The position numbers and the translations under genes are program-made. Of a stretch of DNA of 64,000 bases, positions 10,631-20,601 are shown in pieces. Numbering within the stretch: position 1 is the stretch's first letter; the number at the start of each line of letters is the position of its first letter. The notes below the pieces were generated by a model. That model had not been told where the DNA came from, ran no database searches, and saw only the letters and a list, made by a program, of their open reading frames with translations. The stretch is from Deltaproteobacteria bacterium (GTDB lineage: Bacteria > Myxococcota_A > Polyangia > Fen-1088). The DNA lies in the NCBI GenBank assembly GCA_033763315.1, contig JANRKS010000024.1, positions 32,001 to 96,000 on the forward strand, read 5' to 3'.

Positions 10631-11565
10631 GCCGCTGCCTTTTCTGCCGCCCGCAGCTTGGCCGACCGTGAACGCGGGTTGGCCAAACGTTCTGGCTCTT
10701 CGGCGATCACAACTTTCTTCGTCAGCACCTTGAGCGCAGGATCGCTCTTGCCCCGCACGTGTTCATCCGCCAACGCCTTGAATTTGCGTTTCACCATGCG
10801 GTCTTCAAGCGAATGAAACGTGATCACCACCATGCGCCCACCCACCGACAAACGTTTGGGTGCCGTGGCCAAGAAGTGGTCAAGTTGCCCAAGCTCATCG
10901 TTGACCACCATCCGCAGCGCCTGGAACGTTCGCGTTGCCGGATCTTTGTGATGCTCACGCCGAGGCACACCGCGCGCCACCGCCGCCGCCAACGCCGTGG
11001 TGGTCGTGAGTTCGCCCGCGTCGCGCGCCTGCATCACCGCGCGTGCGATCGACCGCGCGTACCGATCTTCGCCAAGCTCACGTATGATCTGCGCCAGCGC
11101 ATCAGCATCCAATCGCGCCAACAATTCATCCGCCGGCTCGCCGCGCGTGGGATCCATCCGCATGTCCAGAGGCCCTTCGCGGCGAAACGAAAAGCCACGC
11201 GCCGCCTCGTCCAACTGCACGGACGAGACCCCCAAGTCCGCCAGGCAACCATCCACTTGATCCACGCCCAAGCGATCAAGCGCCTGCGGCAGATCCGAAA
11301 ACGGCGCGTGCACGAACGTCACACGATCGCCAAACGGCGCCAGCCGCTTGCGGGCGAACGCCAACGCAGCCGGGTCACGATCTAGACCAATTAAGCGCCC
11401 ATTCGGTCCACTTCGCTCTAAGATGGCCTCCGCGTGACCACCAAAACCCAAGGTGCAATCGCAATAAATGCCCCCCGAACGCGGGGCAAGCCACTGCAGG
11501 ACCGGCTCCAAAAGGACCGGGACGTGCTTGACTTCGAGCGTTATTTCGGGACCAGACGAAGGCAT
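10627..11565 (-). CDS. rsmH: 16S rRNA m4C1402 methyltransferase RsmH (MraW)
   Basis: HVPVLL, DCTLGFGGH, DLGVSS, PLDMRMD, ATRTFQALR, FHSLEDR, NPRSRSAKLR. Start uncertain (ORF is open to 11601). Confidence 0.96.
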   Translation of the reverse strand: MPSSGPEITLEVKHVPVLLEPVLQWLAPRSGGIYCDCTLGFGGHAEAILERSGPNGRLIGLDRDPAALAFARKRLAPFGDRVTFVHAPFSDLPQALDRLGVDQVDGCLADLGVSSVQLDEAARGFSFRREGPLDMRMDPTRGEPADELLARLDADALAQIIRELGEDRYARSIARAVMQARDAGELTTTTALAAAVARGVPRREHHKDPATRTFQALRMVVNDELGQLDHFLATAPKRLSVGGRMVVITFHSLEDRMVKRKFKALADEHVRGKSDPALKVLTKKVVIAEEPERLANPRSRSAKLRAAEKAAA

Positions 11566-11837
11566 AAGATGCAAAAAAGCGGCAACGAAAGGGAATACCA
11601 AGCGCCACCCAGACGTTCAAAACGGGGGGCAACACAGAGCCGGACGACACCACCATGTTCGCGCCGCCCCCACCCCAGTCAAATTTCTCAACAGCGCTTT
11701 TCGTAATGATTGCAAGAGCCTGCAGCGCCAAGGGCGGGAGACCACACACAACACACACAGCGCAGGGATTCCATTTACACGTCTGGAAATGTAATCCAAA
11801 TACCTAGAATTATTGGCCTTATTGGCCGTAAGTGGGC

Positions 11838-11893
11838 TTGACTTAAGGACATTTTTTTCTTAGACAAGTCCCTCCAACGCGTGAGGTAAGGAG
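11838..11893 (+). promoter_or_regulatory. Possible sigma70-like promoter and RBS of the Fic gene
   Basis: TTGACT (11838-11843), 17-nt spacer, TAGACA (11861-11866; imperfect -10), then AAGGAG (11888-11893) 5 nt before ATG 11899. A short inverted repeat GACTT...AAGTC overlaps it. Confidence 0.35.
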
Positions 11894-11898
11894 TGGTT

Positions 11899-12663
11899 AT
11901 GGACGCGAAATTGTTCGAGCTCGACACAAAGATGGAGGCGCTTCGGGGGCAGATGGCGAGCTTTCCGGACAACATTGTGCGCGATTACCAGGAGCGCCTG
12001 GACGTGTCGTGGATCTTCCACGAGTCCGCGCTTGAGGGTGTGGTGCTCTCTTATTCGGAACTCAAAGCCGCCATCGACCACCGGATCATCAGCGACGTAT
12101 CGCTGATCCCGATGTACGAGGACGTTAAGAACCTCAAACTCGCAACGGACAGCTTGCGCGAACTCTTGGGCAGCAAGAAGCCGCCTGAGCCAACGTTCGA
12201 TCTGGTGCGCAAGCTTTATCTGATGATCACGCCCGACGGTGGCGCCGGTGCGCCCTTCCGCAAGGAAAACCCGCTGCACCGCCAGTATTATCACGAGATC
12301 GCGCAGCCTGATAAGATCGCGCCGCGCATGAAGAAGTTCACCGAGTGGTTGGAATCGCCCGACTACACCGAGCTTCACCCCTTGGCCCGGGCCGCACGTT
12401 TGCAGCACCAGTTGTTGTCCATTTACCCGTGGACCAAGAACACCGGTCGCGTGGCGCGCCTCATCGGCAATTACATCCTGCTCAAGGCTGGCTTTCTGCC
12501 CGCCGTCATCCACAGCATCGAGCGGCAACGGTACTACGATTCCCTTCGCCACGAGAACGATGGTCTCCTGCAGCTTTTGGTTGAATCGATGGAAAACAGC
12601 ATCGATACCTCCACGCGCTTCTTCCAAGAGATCCAAGGTTTGGCCGCCCGTCGCGCAAGCTAA
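11899..12663 (+). CDS. Fic/Fido-domain protein with non-canonical active-site loop
   Basis: HESALEG resembles the N-terminal class II inhibitory helix; the signature reads IYPWTKNTGRVAR versus consensus HPFxxGNGRxxR. Confidence 0.85.
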   Translation: MDAKLFELDTKMEALRGQMASFPDNIVRDYQERLDVSWIFHESALEGVVLSYSELKAAIDHRIISDVSLIPMYEDVKNLKLATDSLRELLGSKKPPEPTFDLVRKLYLMITPDGGAGAPFRKENPLHRQYYHEIAQPDKIAPRMKKFTEWLESPDYTELHPLARAARLQHQLLSIYPWTKNTGRVARLIGNYILLKAGFLPAVIHSIERQRYYDSLRHENDGLLQLLVESMENSIDTSTRFFQEIQGLAARRAS

Positions 12664-12762
12664 GGCGCCGTGCTAATCAGGCGTTGCGTTTGGCTTTCCG
12701 CCAGCGCAACGCCTTTTTTCGTTGCCCCTCGCCTATGACGGGCCACGACCCCGAAGTTCGCC

Positions 12763-14397
12763 GTGGCTCTGCCTTTTCACATTCGCCGCCTGTGGTCCCG
12801 GATCGACACCGATCTGCGCGTGTTCTTGCTCGGCTACGCCGTGCTGCTGCCGTTCTTCTTGGCGCCGCTGGTGTTCACGAAGTACCTGCCGGGCCTCGAC
12901 CTGCCGTTTCACTTGTCGACCGCCGACCTGCTGAGCAAAGGCGTGGGCCCGGAATCTCCGTACGCCGGTTACTACGAGCTGCGGAACCTGTGGGCGCCCT
13001 ATTCCGCGCATTACATCGCGCTTATCGTGTTGGCCAAGCTTGTGGGCAGCATCGCGCTGGCCCACAACGTCGTCGCTTGTCTTTACGTTGCCAGTTTGCC
13101 GCTGACGTTGGGCGCTTTTTTGGGCGTGTGTGGCAAAAGCCGCATCCCCGCACTGCTCGCCTTTCCTCTTGCCTATAACCTCTGCCTTCACTACGGCTTC
13201 TTCAGCTTCTGTTTGTCGCTGCCTGCGCTGATGGCGTTGTTCGCGGCGCTGGCGTACCACCTGCAGCGACCAAGCTTTTCGTGGTGGTCGTGGGCAGCGT
13301 GTGCGGCGGCCGGCGTGTTCCTATTTTTGTGCCATCTGCAGAATCTGCTGTTTGGCCTGTGTGGGGCCGCGGTGCTGTTGGTGTTTTGCCGGGCTTCAGT
13401 GAAGCGCCGGTTGAACACACTGGCGGCGTTAGGGCCAACCTTTGCGTCGCTGCTTTACTGGAATTGGCACGCGAGTTTCACGGCGGATCCGAATGAGCAG
13501 AAGAATACGCTGCGGTTTGCGTGGGAGGCGCTCAAGGCGGCGCGGCTGATTGATTTGGGGAAGCGGACCTGGGGCGCTGACCTTGCAGACCGCATGGTTG
13601 GCATGCTCCCGGTGTCGGTGATGCGAGGCTTTAAGGACATGAGTGACGTGGATGGCTTTCACGCGCTGATGGCGGTGCTCGCGGCTTATTTCCTCATGGG
13701 CGTGATTGGTTATGCCGTGCCCCGCAGCCTCAACCCAAAACCCACCTTCACCTTTGCAGGCGGTTTGTTGATGCTGGGCAGCTTGGTTGCCTACTTGGCG
13801 CTGCCCCATCACCTTTGGGCGTTTGAGCTCATGACGTTCTTCCCGCGCTTCAGTGTGTTGGTCGTGCTGCTGCTAATCGCTTTGGTTCCCGCGGGCTTGC
13901 GGCGCGTGCCTTGGCAAGCGGCCTTACTGGCCCTGGTGCCTGCGCTCGTGTTGGGGGTTCAGTATGGGCGCAATGTGAATCGGCAGTACCACGCGTATAG
14001 AGACGAGATTAAGGACTTCGTCACAGTGCTCAGCCAAACCCCACGCGACGGCAAGCTCATGGGAATCATCTTCGATCGAGCATCAAAGGTAATGCGCATC
14101 GAATCGGCGTTGGTGGGGCTGCCGGGGTTTTATGTAGCGACGAAGCCTGCGCCGCACACTGCGGTTCCGATTCATTACTGCGGCATGAGGCATATGCCCT
14201 GTGCGGTCGCTAAGCCGATGCCATGGCCGGGGCCTTGGAATTCGGTGCCATTTATCTGGGACGAGGCGTACGCTGCGTTTGACTATTTCTTGATACGTCA
14301 TGGCACGCCCGCGCCCTCGCTGCTTGGCCCGCTTGCGAACAGGGTGACACTCAGTCACCGGCAAAGGGAATGGGCGGTTTTCAAGAAGAAACGTTAA
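12763..14397 (+). CDS. Polytopic membrane protein, putative GT-C-type glycosyltransferase
   Basis: About 11-12 hydrophobic segments; conserved-looking Asp after TM1 (LPGLDLPFHL); soluble C-terminal domain. Confidence 0.55.
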   Translation: MALPFHIRRLWSRIDTDLRVFLLGYAVLLPFFLAPLVFTKYLPGLDLPFHLSTADLLSKGVGPESPYAGYYELRNLWAPYSAHYIALIVLAKLVGSIALAHNVVACLYVASLPLTLGAFLGVCGKSRIPALLAFPLAYNLCLHYGFFSFCLSLPALMALFAALAYHLQRPSFSWWSWAACAAAGVFLFLCHLQNLLFGLCGAAVLLVFCRASVKRRLNTLAALGPTFASLLYWNWHASFTADPNEQKNTLRFAWEALKAARLIDLGKRTWGADLADRMVGMLPVSVMRGFKDMSDVDGFHALMAVLAAYFLMGVIGYAVPRSLNPKPTFTFAGGLLMLGSLVAYLALPHHLWAFELMTFFPRFSVLVVLLLIALVPAGLRRVPWQAALLALVPALVLGVQYGRNVNRQYHAYRDEIKDFVTVLSQTPRDGKLMGIIFDRASKVMRIESALVGLPGFYVATKPAPHTAVPIHYCGMRHMPCAVAKPMPWPGPWNSVPFIWDEAYAAFDYFLIRHGTPAPSLLGPLANRVTLSHRQREWAVFKKKR

Positions 14398-14479
14398 GCC
14401 CTCGGCGTGACCATCCTTTGTCGTGAGCCTAGAGCCATCCACACGCTCCTCTGCTTTGCGTGAAAGAACGCACCCTTCA

Positions 14480-16102
14480 TCACGCGTCGGCCGACGGAAT
14501 CTCAGGGCTTCGCGCTACGACCAGGCGCTGCCAAAATCGTGAACGGAGAATGTGATTGCCCGACCAGATGGTTGCGGTGATGGCGACGCCGGCGGATGCA
14601 AGGTGAGCCCAAACGCCCGGGAGCAAGGAGGGTCCAATCGTAAAGAGCAATCCGCAGATCAAGAGGCACCATTGGGGGCCACGCAGGGAATAGCTCAATG
14701 ACCTTTGGGCGATGAATACAAGGACTCCGAACGCAACAGCGTTGGAGCAAATCATGGCCATCCCTACGCCTTCCACTCCGAGTCGATTGGGAATGGTGGT
14801 CAAGAAGAGAATGGACGCTGCGGCCGGAACCACCTGCGCCAGCAGAAAGGATCGCCCTGAAAGCTGGGCCATAACGGCGTACGCAAGGGATAGGGACGCA
14901 AACCGAATAACCTCGGCCGCGAGCAGCCAGGTAAGCGCGGGGACGGCCGGCAAGAAAGACTCGGACAAAAGTATCGGAATGACGAACGGCGCAAGGGCTT
15001 TGACGACAAGGATGACGGGAAGCGAAAATATCAAAGCCACCTTCATCTGCTCGTCGATGGCTCGGTGGAGGTCGGGCTTCGTTCTTAGTGAACTGATGCG
15101 CGGCAAGTAGTCTTGCCCCAGTGCCACTGCAATGGCTCCCAAGACCCCTGCCGTGATGCTCATGGCGGCCTGAACGAAGCCCAGTTTCAGCTTTCCAAGG
15201 GATGGAATGAGCAAAGAAGGAAGCAGGTACTGAATGCCCACCCCCACCAAAGAACTCAACGCAATCGGTAGGCCCTTCGAGAGGGCGCGTCGAGCGGCCT
15301 CCCACCGCGGCAAAGCAAAGCCAAATCCAATTGTGCTCCACGAGAACCCAACAGTGACAGTCCAGCGAACGAGAGCGCCTAGGGCGGTGGCCGGAGCGAT
15401 GGCACGCTCACCATGAGCCCACACCAAGCCAATAGAGACGGTCGCAGATAATACGCCGCTCAAAACGTTGATCGCGGCGATGGCGGCCATCGCCTGATGA
15501 GCATTGAGGGCCGCCATTCTTAGATTCGCCGAGATAGCGAAGCTCAGGGCCAATGCACACCAAACAATCTGCCCATCGGCGGAGCCTGCGCCCAGAAAAA
15601 TTGAACTAACTCCGTTGCGAAGCACCACCATCGACAGGCCGCAGACGGCAGCCATAGCCAGGGCCAGCGTTGCCACCTCGCGATAAAACTTTTTAAAGTT
15701 CCGATTCTCGTTATCGCTGCGCTCCGCGAGCAACCGCGCGCCATCTCTTATGACCACGTTGCCCAGTCCCAGCTCTGCGATGAGAGCGACGAGCCCCACC
15801 ACGCCCTGAACCAATGCGAGCTGCCCAAAGCCCGTGGGCCCAATCAAAAAGGCAAACAGTTTCGCCGTCGCCAATCCTACGGCCACGGTGATGAGAGATG
15901 AACCAGTTAGCAGAACGATGTTCTTCAAACGGAGCTGCCTACGGATGAGGCCACTGGGTAAAGCACCCCTGGGGCCCGGCCACAATACTCGATTAGAAGC
16001 CTTGACTGCCTCAAATGTTGCGGCTGTGCTATGAGCAGGAACGCTCAGAAACCGAAGTTCCATGACACCCGTGCCCCCAGGTTTGGCGAAGAGCCGCCTC
16101 AC
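14480..16102 (-). CDS. Wzx/MOP-family polysaccharide flippase (true start probably downstream of 16102)
   Basis: About 12-14 TMs; LIGPTGFG...LGLG pattern and YLPRIS typical of oligosaccharide flippases. The ORF 5' end overlaps the divergent GT2. Confidence 0.8.
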   Translation of the reverse strand: MRRLFAKPGGTGVMELRFLSVPAHSTAATFEAVKASNRVLWPGPRGALPSGLIRRQLRLKNIVLLTGSSLITVAVGLATAKLFAFLIGPTGFGQLALVQGVVGLVALIAELGLGNVVIRDGARLLAERSDNENRNFKKFYREVATLALAMAAVCGLSMVVLRNGVSSIFLGAGSADGQIVWCALALSFAISANLRMAALNAHQAMAAIAAINVLSGVLSATVSIGLVWAHGERAIAPATALGALVRWTVTVGFSWSTIGFGFALPRWEAARRALSKGLPIALSSLVGVGIQYLLPSLLIPSLGKLKLGFVQAAMSITAGVLGAIAVALGQDYLPRISSLRTKPDLHRAIDEQMKVALIFSLPVILVVKALAPFVIPILLSESFLPAVPALTWLLAAEVIRFASLSLAYAVMAQLSGRSFLLAQVVPAAASILFLTTIPNRLGVEGVGMAMICSNAVAFGVLVFIAQRSLSYSLRGPQWCLLICGLLFTIGPSLLPGVWAHLASAGVAITATIWSGNHILRSRFWQRLVVARSPEIPSADA

Positions 16103-16925
16103 AATCGTAATCGTACTTTACAAAAAGGCGTTGGCTGACAGCAGCACCTATAAGAGCCTGAAGAAACAGGCCGACGACGACCAGATTCTTGTGTACGACA
16201 ACAGCCCTACGACGCTGCACCCCGAGCCAGCCAACGTCGTATATGTCCATGACGCGACCAATGGTGGGCTGACCGCCGCGTATGGTTGGGCCCAGCGGAT
16301 CGGAAACGAACGCGGTTCCGAGTGGCTTTTGCTTCTAGACCAAGACACGGACCTTCCAAGCGACTACGTGAAGTGCTTCTTGGCGCACGAACGTACCTTC
16401 GCCAGTGACACGGTGGCAGCCATTCCCACGGTGGTCAGTGGCGGCAAGGTGGTGTCACCACGAGGTGTTGTCGCCGGTGTTCCAGGCATCGGCGATTTGC
16501 CCAAACACAAGTGGGGCGTCTGCAAAAATGAGCTCACAGCGATCAATAGCGGCTGCTTTGTGCGATTGTCATTCTTGAACGCCATCGGAGGGTTTTTGTC
16601 CCGCAATAACCTGGATGGCGTGGATCGCTTTTTCTTTTCACGCGTGTACGCCGCAGGCAGGAATGTCTTTCGCTTGCCCATCTCGATTCAACACGAGCTC
16701 AGCATCTCCGACGTCTCGTCCATTGGTCAAGCCAGGTGGCAAAGCATTCTCAGCGCGGAGGTTGACTTTTACCTCACAAAACCGCCGGCGACCCGGATGC
16801 TGGCAGCTGCGCTCATACTTTTGCGAGCAACGTCGCCAAGGTCACGCATTGGTTTGACGGCCAGGAAAATTACCTTGAGTCAATGGCGTCGGCTCGCGCT
16901 TAGCTTTGTGAGGCGGCCCTTTTAA
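16062..16925 (+). CDS. GT2 glycosyltransferase (rhamnosyltransferase-like)
   Basis: IVIVLY, VYDNSP, NGGLTAAY, WLLLLDQDT (DxD), AINSG, IQHELS. Confidence 0.85.
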   Translation: MTPVPPGLAKSRLTIVIVLYKKALADSSTYKSLKKQADDDQILVYDNSPTTLHPEPANVVYVHDATNGGLTAAYGWAQRIGNERGSEWLLLLDQDTDLPSDYVKCFLAHERTFASDTVAAIPTVVSGGKVVSPRGVVAGVPGIGDLPKHKWGVCKNELTAINSGCFVRLSFLNAIGGFLSRNNLDGVDRFFFSRVYAAGRNVFRLPISIQHELSISDVSSIGQARWQSILSAEVDFYLTKPPATRMLAAALILLRATSPRSRIGLTARKITLSQWRRLALSFVRRPF

Positions 16926-16935
16926 CGCAGTCGGT

Positions 16936-17640
16936 TCACTCGTTCTTCTTGGGGTACATGGTGTCGGTGATCTCATCCACCGGAACGTCCCACATGAGCC
17001 GTGAATCTACCTCACCCACCTTTACTGCCTCCATAACGACGGTCAGATTCACATTGTAGAAGCCTAAAGTTGCGTAAGGAATCGCGAGGACCAAAGGTAT
17101 AAGCCGCGCAGGCAGGCCCTCCTTCACGGCCACGATGTCGAAACCCGTTGCTTTGTTGAACAGCGCGCGCATGCCGTTCTCCTGGTAACGGAAGAAGTCC
17201 CATGGCAGTTCATGAGCCGGCCACGTGGGGTGCGTTGCGATGAGCACGCGACCGCCAGGCTTTAGAACCTTGTTCATCTCCATGGCCACTTTCCATGGAA
17301 AAATGAGGTGCTCAAAAACAGCAACCGAGACGACCGCATCGAAGGATTCCGCAGCGAAAAGCTGCGACAGCTTGTGTGCGTCGCCAACGACATCCACATT
17401 CTCGCCCGGATGGATATCGAGACCAACGTATTCGAAACCCGCCAGGTCTTTGCGGAGAGGGTTCCCCGTGACATTGCGCGAACCAACCTCAAGAACCCGC
17501 CCGCCGGGCTTTTCGGTCTTGAGCCTCTCAATGAACGAGGGGTAGAGGGCAGCAGAAGGATCATTTTGCGGCCTGACCGGCTTCAGGCGGGAGATGCTTC
17601 TTGCCAATGCGCGCAGCTTTTCGTTCATGCGGTACCTCAT
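16936..17640 (-). CDS. Class I SAM-dependent methyltransferase
   Basis: VLEVGS, GLDIHPGENVDVVGDAH, FDAVVSVAVFEH, VLKPGG. Confidence 0.88.
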   Translation of the reverse strand: MRYRMNEKLRALARSISRLKPVRPQNDPSAALYPSFIERLKTEKPGGRVLEVGSRNVTGNPLRKDLAGFEYVGLDIHPGENVDVVGDAHKLSQLFAAESFDAVVSVAVFEHLIFPWKVAMEMNKVLKPGGRVLIATHPTWPAHELPWDFFRYQENGMRALFNKATGFDIVAVKEGLPARLIPLVLAIPYATLGFYNVNLTVVMEAVKVGEVDSRLMWDVPVDEITDTMYPKKNE

Positions 17641-17646
17641 AACACT

Positions 17647-18789
17647 TCAGCGGGGACGGCTCAAACGTCGCGCGAACTTCGCCGAGCGAGACAGCAGATT
17701 CTTCGACGACGTCACAAACCTTTTGGCGACCCGCGAGGCTACATCTTGATCAAGTGATTGAAGGTGGCGCTTGATCACGTCCTCAAGCGTCGTCTCGAAC
17801 AGCGATTTGAGGTCGCCCGCCTGACCTGCCCGTTTCCGTGCAACCACCATAATTCCGTAGCCTTGCGAGGGATCCCGACGCCAATGCTTTAGCACGACAT
17901 TTTCCATCAAAAACTTTTGGAACCAGAGCATCGGCATCGCGTGATGGGTGCCAGCCAATTTCACTTCGGCCGTGAGGGGCATACCCAGATCCCAAACCAG
18001 CCAAGTGACGACATCAAGGGGCGTATACCCAACGTGGAAATCACCCACGCCAGAACACTCCATCAAGCGCTTTAGCCCCGCACCGGTGAACCTCGTGAGA
18101 TGATGGGGGGATGTGTCGCCCACCCCGCCCTGCAGCCAGAACGATCGCTCCTCGCCTTGGCCGTTGGATCGCCAGTACGGCCGCTCAACGTTGGGCACTG
18201 AAAGAATAAGGAGACCGTCATCCTCCAGGCGTTCCATCGCGCGCGCGATCAAGCTGATGGGATCGGCCACATGTTCGATCACCTCCAACGCCGAAATGAT
18301 TGCGAACCTTCCAGGGGCGGCATCTAGGCTGGGATAGACGGTGGCGCCCTCGACTTGCGTCGTAATGAAGGCGCGGCTTCGCATGGACACATCAACGCCA
18401 ACGATCTCGTGGCCAGAGCGGCGAGACAGCTCCATTAAGAATCCATTTCCGGCGCCCAGGTCCAAGTGCCGACCCCTTGCCGTCTTCTCAAGCAAAGCCG
18501 CTGCAATTGAACGGTTAAAGCACGCCCCATTCGAGCACCGCTCGGTGTCGCTCACCTGTTCTCGAAACGACTCCGAAGCCTGCGCATAAGTTGCAGCAGC
18601 TTCGTAGGCCTCGTCATAGTCCATTTCCTTTCGGGGTAGGGCAAAATGTGAGCGACACCCTGAACAGACAAACCACTTATAGTCGTGCTCCTGCGGCAGC
18701 GAAGGGTGGTGGTTCGGCAACAGGGAGTGATTCCCCTGTTCACGACAGGCAGGGCATCGGGGAGGGACTGAGAGCTCAAAGTGTGTCAA
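17647..18789 (-). CDS. Class I SAM-dependent methyltransferase with N-terminal Zn ribbon
   Basis: CPAC...CSGC, LDLGAGNG, EVIEHV.DP, LSVPN. Start placed at TTG 18789; the upstream ORF extension overlaps the divergent gene. Confidence 0.82.
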   Translation of the reverse strand: MTHFELSVPPRCPACREQGNHSLLPNHHPSLPQEHDYKWFVCSGCRSHFALPRKEMDYDEAYEAAATYAQASESFREQVSDTERCSNGACFNRSIAAALLEKTARGRHLDLGAGNGFLMELSRRSGHEIVGVDVSMRSRAFITTQVEGATVYPSLDAAPGRFAIISALEVIEHVADPISLIARAMERLEDDGLLILSVPNVERPYWRSNGQGEERSFWLQGGVGDTSPHHLTRFTGAGLKRLMECSGVGDFHVGYTPLDVVTWLVWDLGMPLTAEVKLAGTHHAMPMLWFQKFLMENVVLKHWRRDPSQGYGIMVVARKRAGQAGDLKSLFETTLEDVIKRHLQSLDQDVASRVAKRFVTSSKNLLSRSAKFARRLSRPR

Positions 18790-19086
18790 CGCTGGTTCCT
18801 GTGTTTTTGGGCGAGGATTTTGGCAAGGAGCTTGCCACACGAGACCGCTAATAAGGATCGAGGTGGCGTAGCAAGTGAGTGCACAGTCGACCAGCCCAAA
18901 TGAGCTGGAGGCAAGGCCAGTCCGCCGTCCGGGAGCCACGGCGAAACTCTTGACACGAGAGTAGGCGATGAGGCAGTAAGGGGCGCGCGCTTCATCATTT
19001 GTGTGTCGCGGTCTTCGCGCTGAATCGCTCCGCGCCGCCCTGCTTACCTTAAGGAATATAGTCCGTTGAAGTACTCGCCAACTCAA

Positions 19087-19944
19087 ATGCCGAGGCTCTC
19101 TGAGGAGAGTTCGGCGGCCTTTTTGGGCCGGACAGCTGCCTACGTCCGACATGCCCCATTTGCACTTGCGATTCGAGAACTTAACCGCCTTTTGGCCATG
19201 GAGATGCTCGACTCGGAACAACCAAGCCTGCGGTCTCCGGTTCTCGACGTGGGTTGTGGCGACGGCTTCTGGTGGTCATTGCCGGGACGCCACCGACCCG
19301 AAGTCTACGGCGTCGACATCGCTGAACGTGAGGTCGCTCAAGCCCAACGGCATATCAAAGCGGAGGTGTGCGATATCTCCACGACCGTTCCCTTCCCACA
19401 GCTCAGATTCAAAGACATCATCGGGAACTGCTCTCTCGAGCACGTCCGCGACATCGATTCGGCACTCAACAACTTGTTCCGCTGCGCGGCGGACGATGCA
19501 AGGTTGGTGCTTTTCGTTCCATCGCCCGAATGGGCTTTTCATGGACGCACTCAGAAAACGTTCATGAAGCTTTCGCCCCGGCTTGCCATGATGACTTCAG
19601 GAATGGCGAACGGATTCTTTCAACACTGGCACCTTTACTCACCGGAGGTCTGGGCAGCCACTTTGGAGCGGAACGGTTGGCGTCTCAAGACGGTCTACGG
19701 CCTTGGAAACGAGCGCTCGGAGTTTTTGTTCCGCATGTTTCTCCCACCAGCATTCATGGGTTTCCTGGCAAAAGTAGCCTTTGGAGTGTACCCCAACCGC
19801 CTCCTAAGCAAAGTTCCTGATTCGTTCTTTGCCCCTATGCAAAAGCTTCTCAAATGGGGGCTCGCTTCTCCTTTGGTCCCTGCAGATGACCCCGACGTGT
19901 ATGAATTCGTTCTGGTGTGTGAGCGGGCCAATGACTCGAAGTAA
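19087..19944 (+). CDS. Class I SAM-dependent methyltransferase
   Basis: VLDVGCGDG, GVDI, NCSLEHV; start ATG 19087 (MPRLSEE). Confidence 0.85.
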   Translation: MPRLSEESSAAFLGRTAAYVRHAPFALAIRELNRLLAMEMLDSEQPSLRSPVLDVGCGDGFWWSLPGRHRPEVYGVDIAEREVAQAQRHIKAEVCDISTTVPFPQLRFKDIIGNCSLEHVRDIDSALNNLFRCAADDARLVLFVPSPEWAFHGRTQKTFMKLSPRLAMMTSGMANGFFQHWHLYSPEVWAATLERNGWRLKTVYGLGNERSEFLFRMFLPPAFMGFLAKVAFGVYPNRLLSKVPDSFFAPMQKLLKWGLASPLVPADDPDVYEFVLVCERANDSK

Positions 19945-20566
19945 AGACTATTTCAACAATCATTCCCGAGTCAGGAGCTTCCCCTGGAGCCTCTATCACG
20001 ACCCGCTTGAGCGAAGCCTTCAGAACTTCATGCACCGTCGCGCGGCCAAGGGTGAAACGTTGGACCTGCTTGTGATTGGCTGTGGCTTGATGCAGGAGCT
20101 AGCAGATCTTCCCCCAAACATCCGGATCACCGCGATAGATATAGACCATCGCGCCACCGACGCACTTGCTGCCCGAGGTGACAGCCGAGTCATCGAAGCA
20201 AAAGCGGTTTCGCCTTCCCAGAACCTACGCGAGATCGGCACCTTCGATGTGATTTATGCCAAAGAGGTCATTGAACACATCCTTGACCCCGATGATTACT
20301 TCAAACAGCTCTTGGCCGTGCTTAGACCGGGCGGTGGCATCTGGCTCAGCACACCTAATTACGGCGAGCCGTGGTTGCCTCTTGTCGAATCGACATTCTT
20401 GGAAGTTGTGGCTCGCGCTTCGGGCTTTACACGCAAAGGCATCCATCCCACACCTTTTTCGCGCGAGCGCCTCACTCGAGGCTTGCAGAACGCTGGGTTT
20501 AAGAACGTTCAGGTATCACCCGTTTCTTTCAGGCTGGCTCTGGTTGCAGAAGCTGAGAAGAAGTAA
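19931..20566 (+). CDS. Class I SAM-dependent methyltransferase
   Basis: LVIGCG, FDVIYAKEVIEHI, LRPGG, STPN; ATG 19931 overlaps the preceding stop region. Confidence 0.85.
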   Translation: MTRSKDYFNNHSRVRSFPWSLYHDPLERSLQNFMHRRAAKGETLDLLVIGCGLMQELADLPPNIRITAIDIDHRATDALAARGDSRVIEAKAVSPSQNLREIGTFDVIYAKEVIEHILDPDDYFKQLLAVLRPGGGIWLSTPNYGEPWLPLVESTFLEVVARASGFTRKGIHPTPFSRERLTRGLQNAGFKNVQVSPVSFRLALVAEAEKK

Positions 20567-20601
20567 GCGACGGGCCCTTGATGATCTTCCGCGGGTAGAG
20601 G

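Noticed and set aside
11600-11760. GTGG-like boxes and an AC-rich tract upstream of rsmH as MraZ sites or a microsatellite
   Set aside because: The boxes lack regular 10-bp triple spacing and the tract is short and imperfect.
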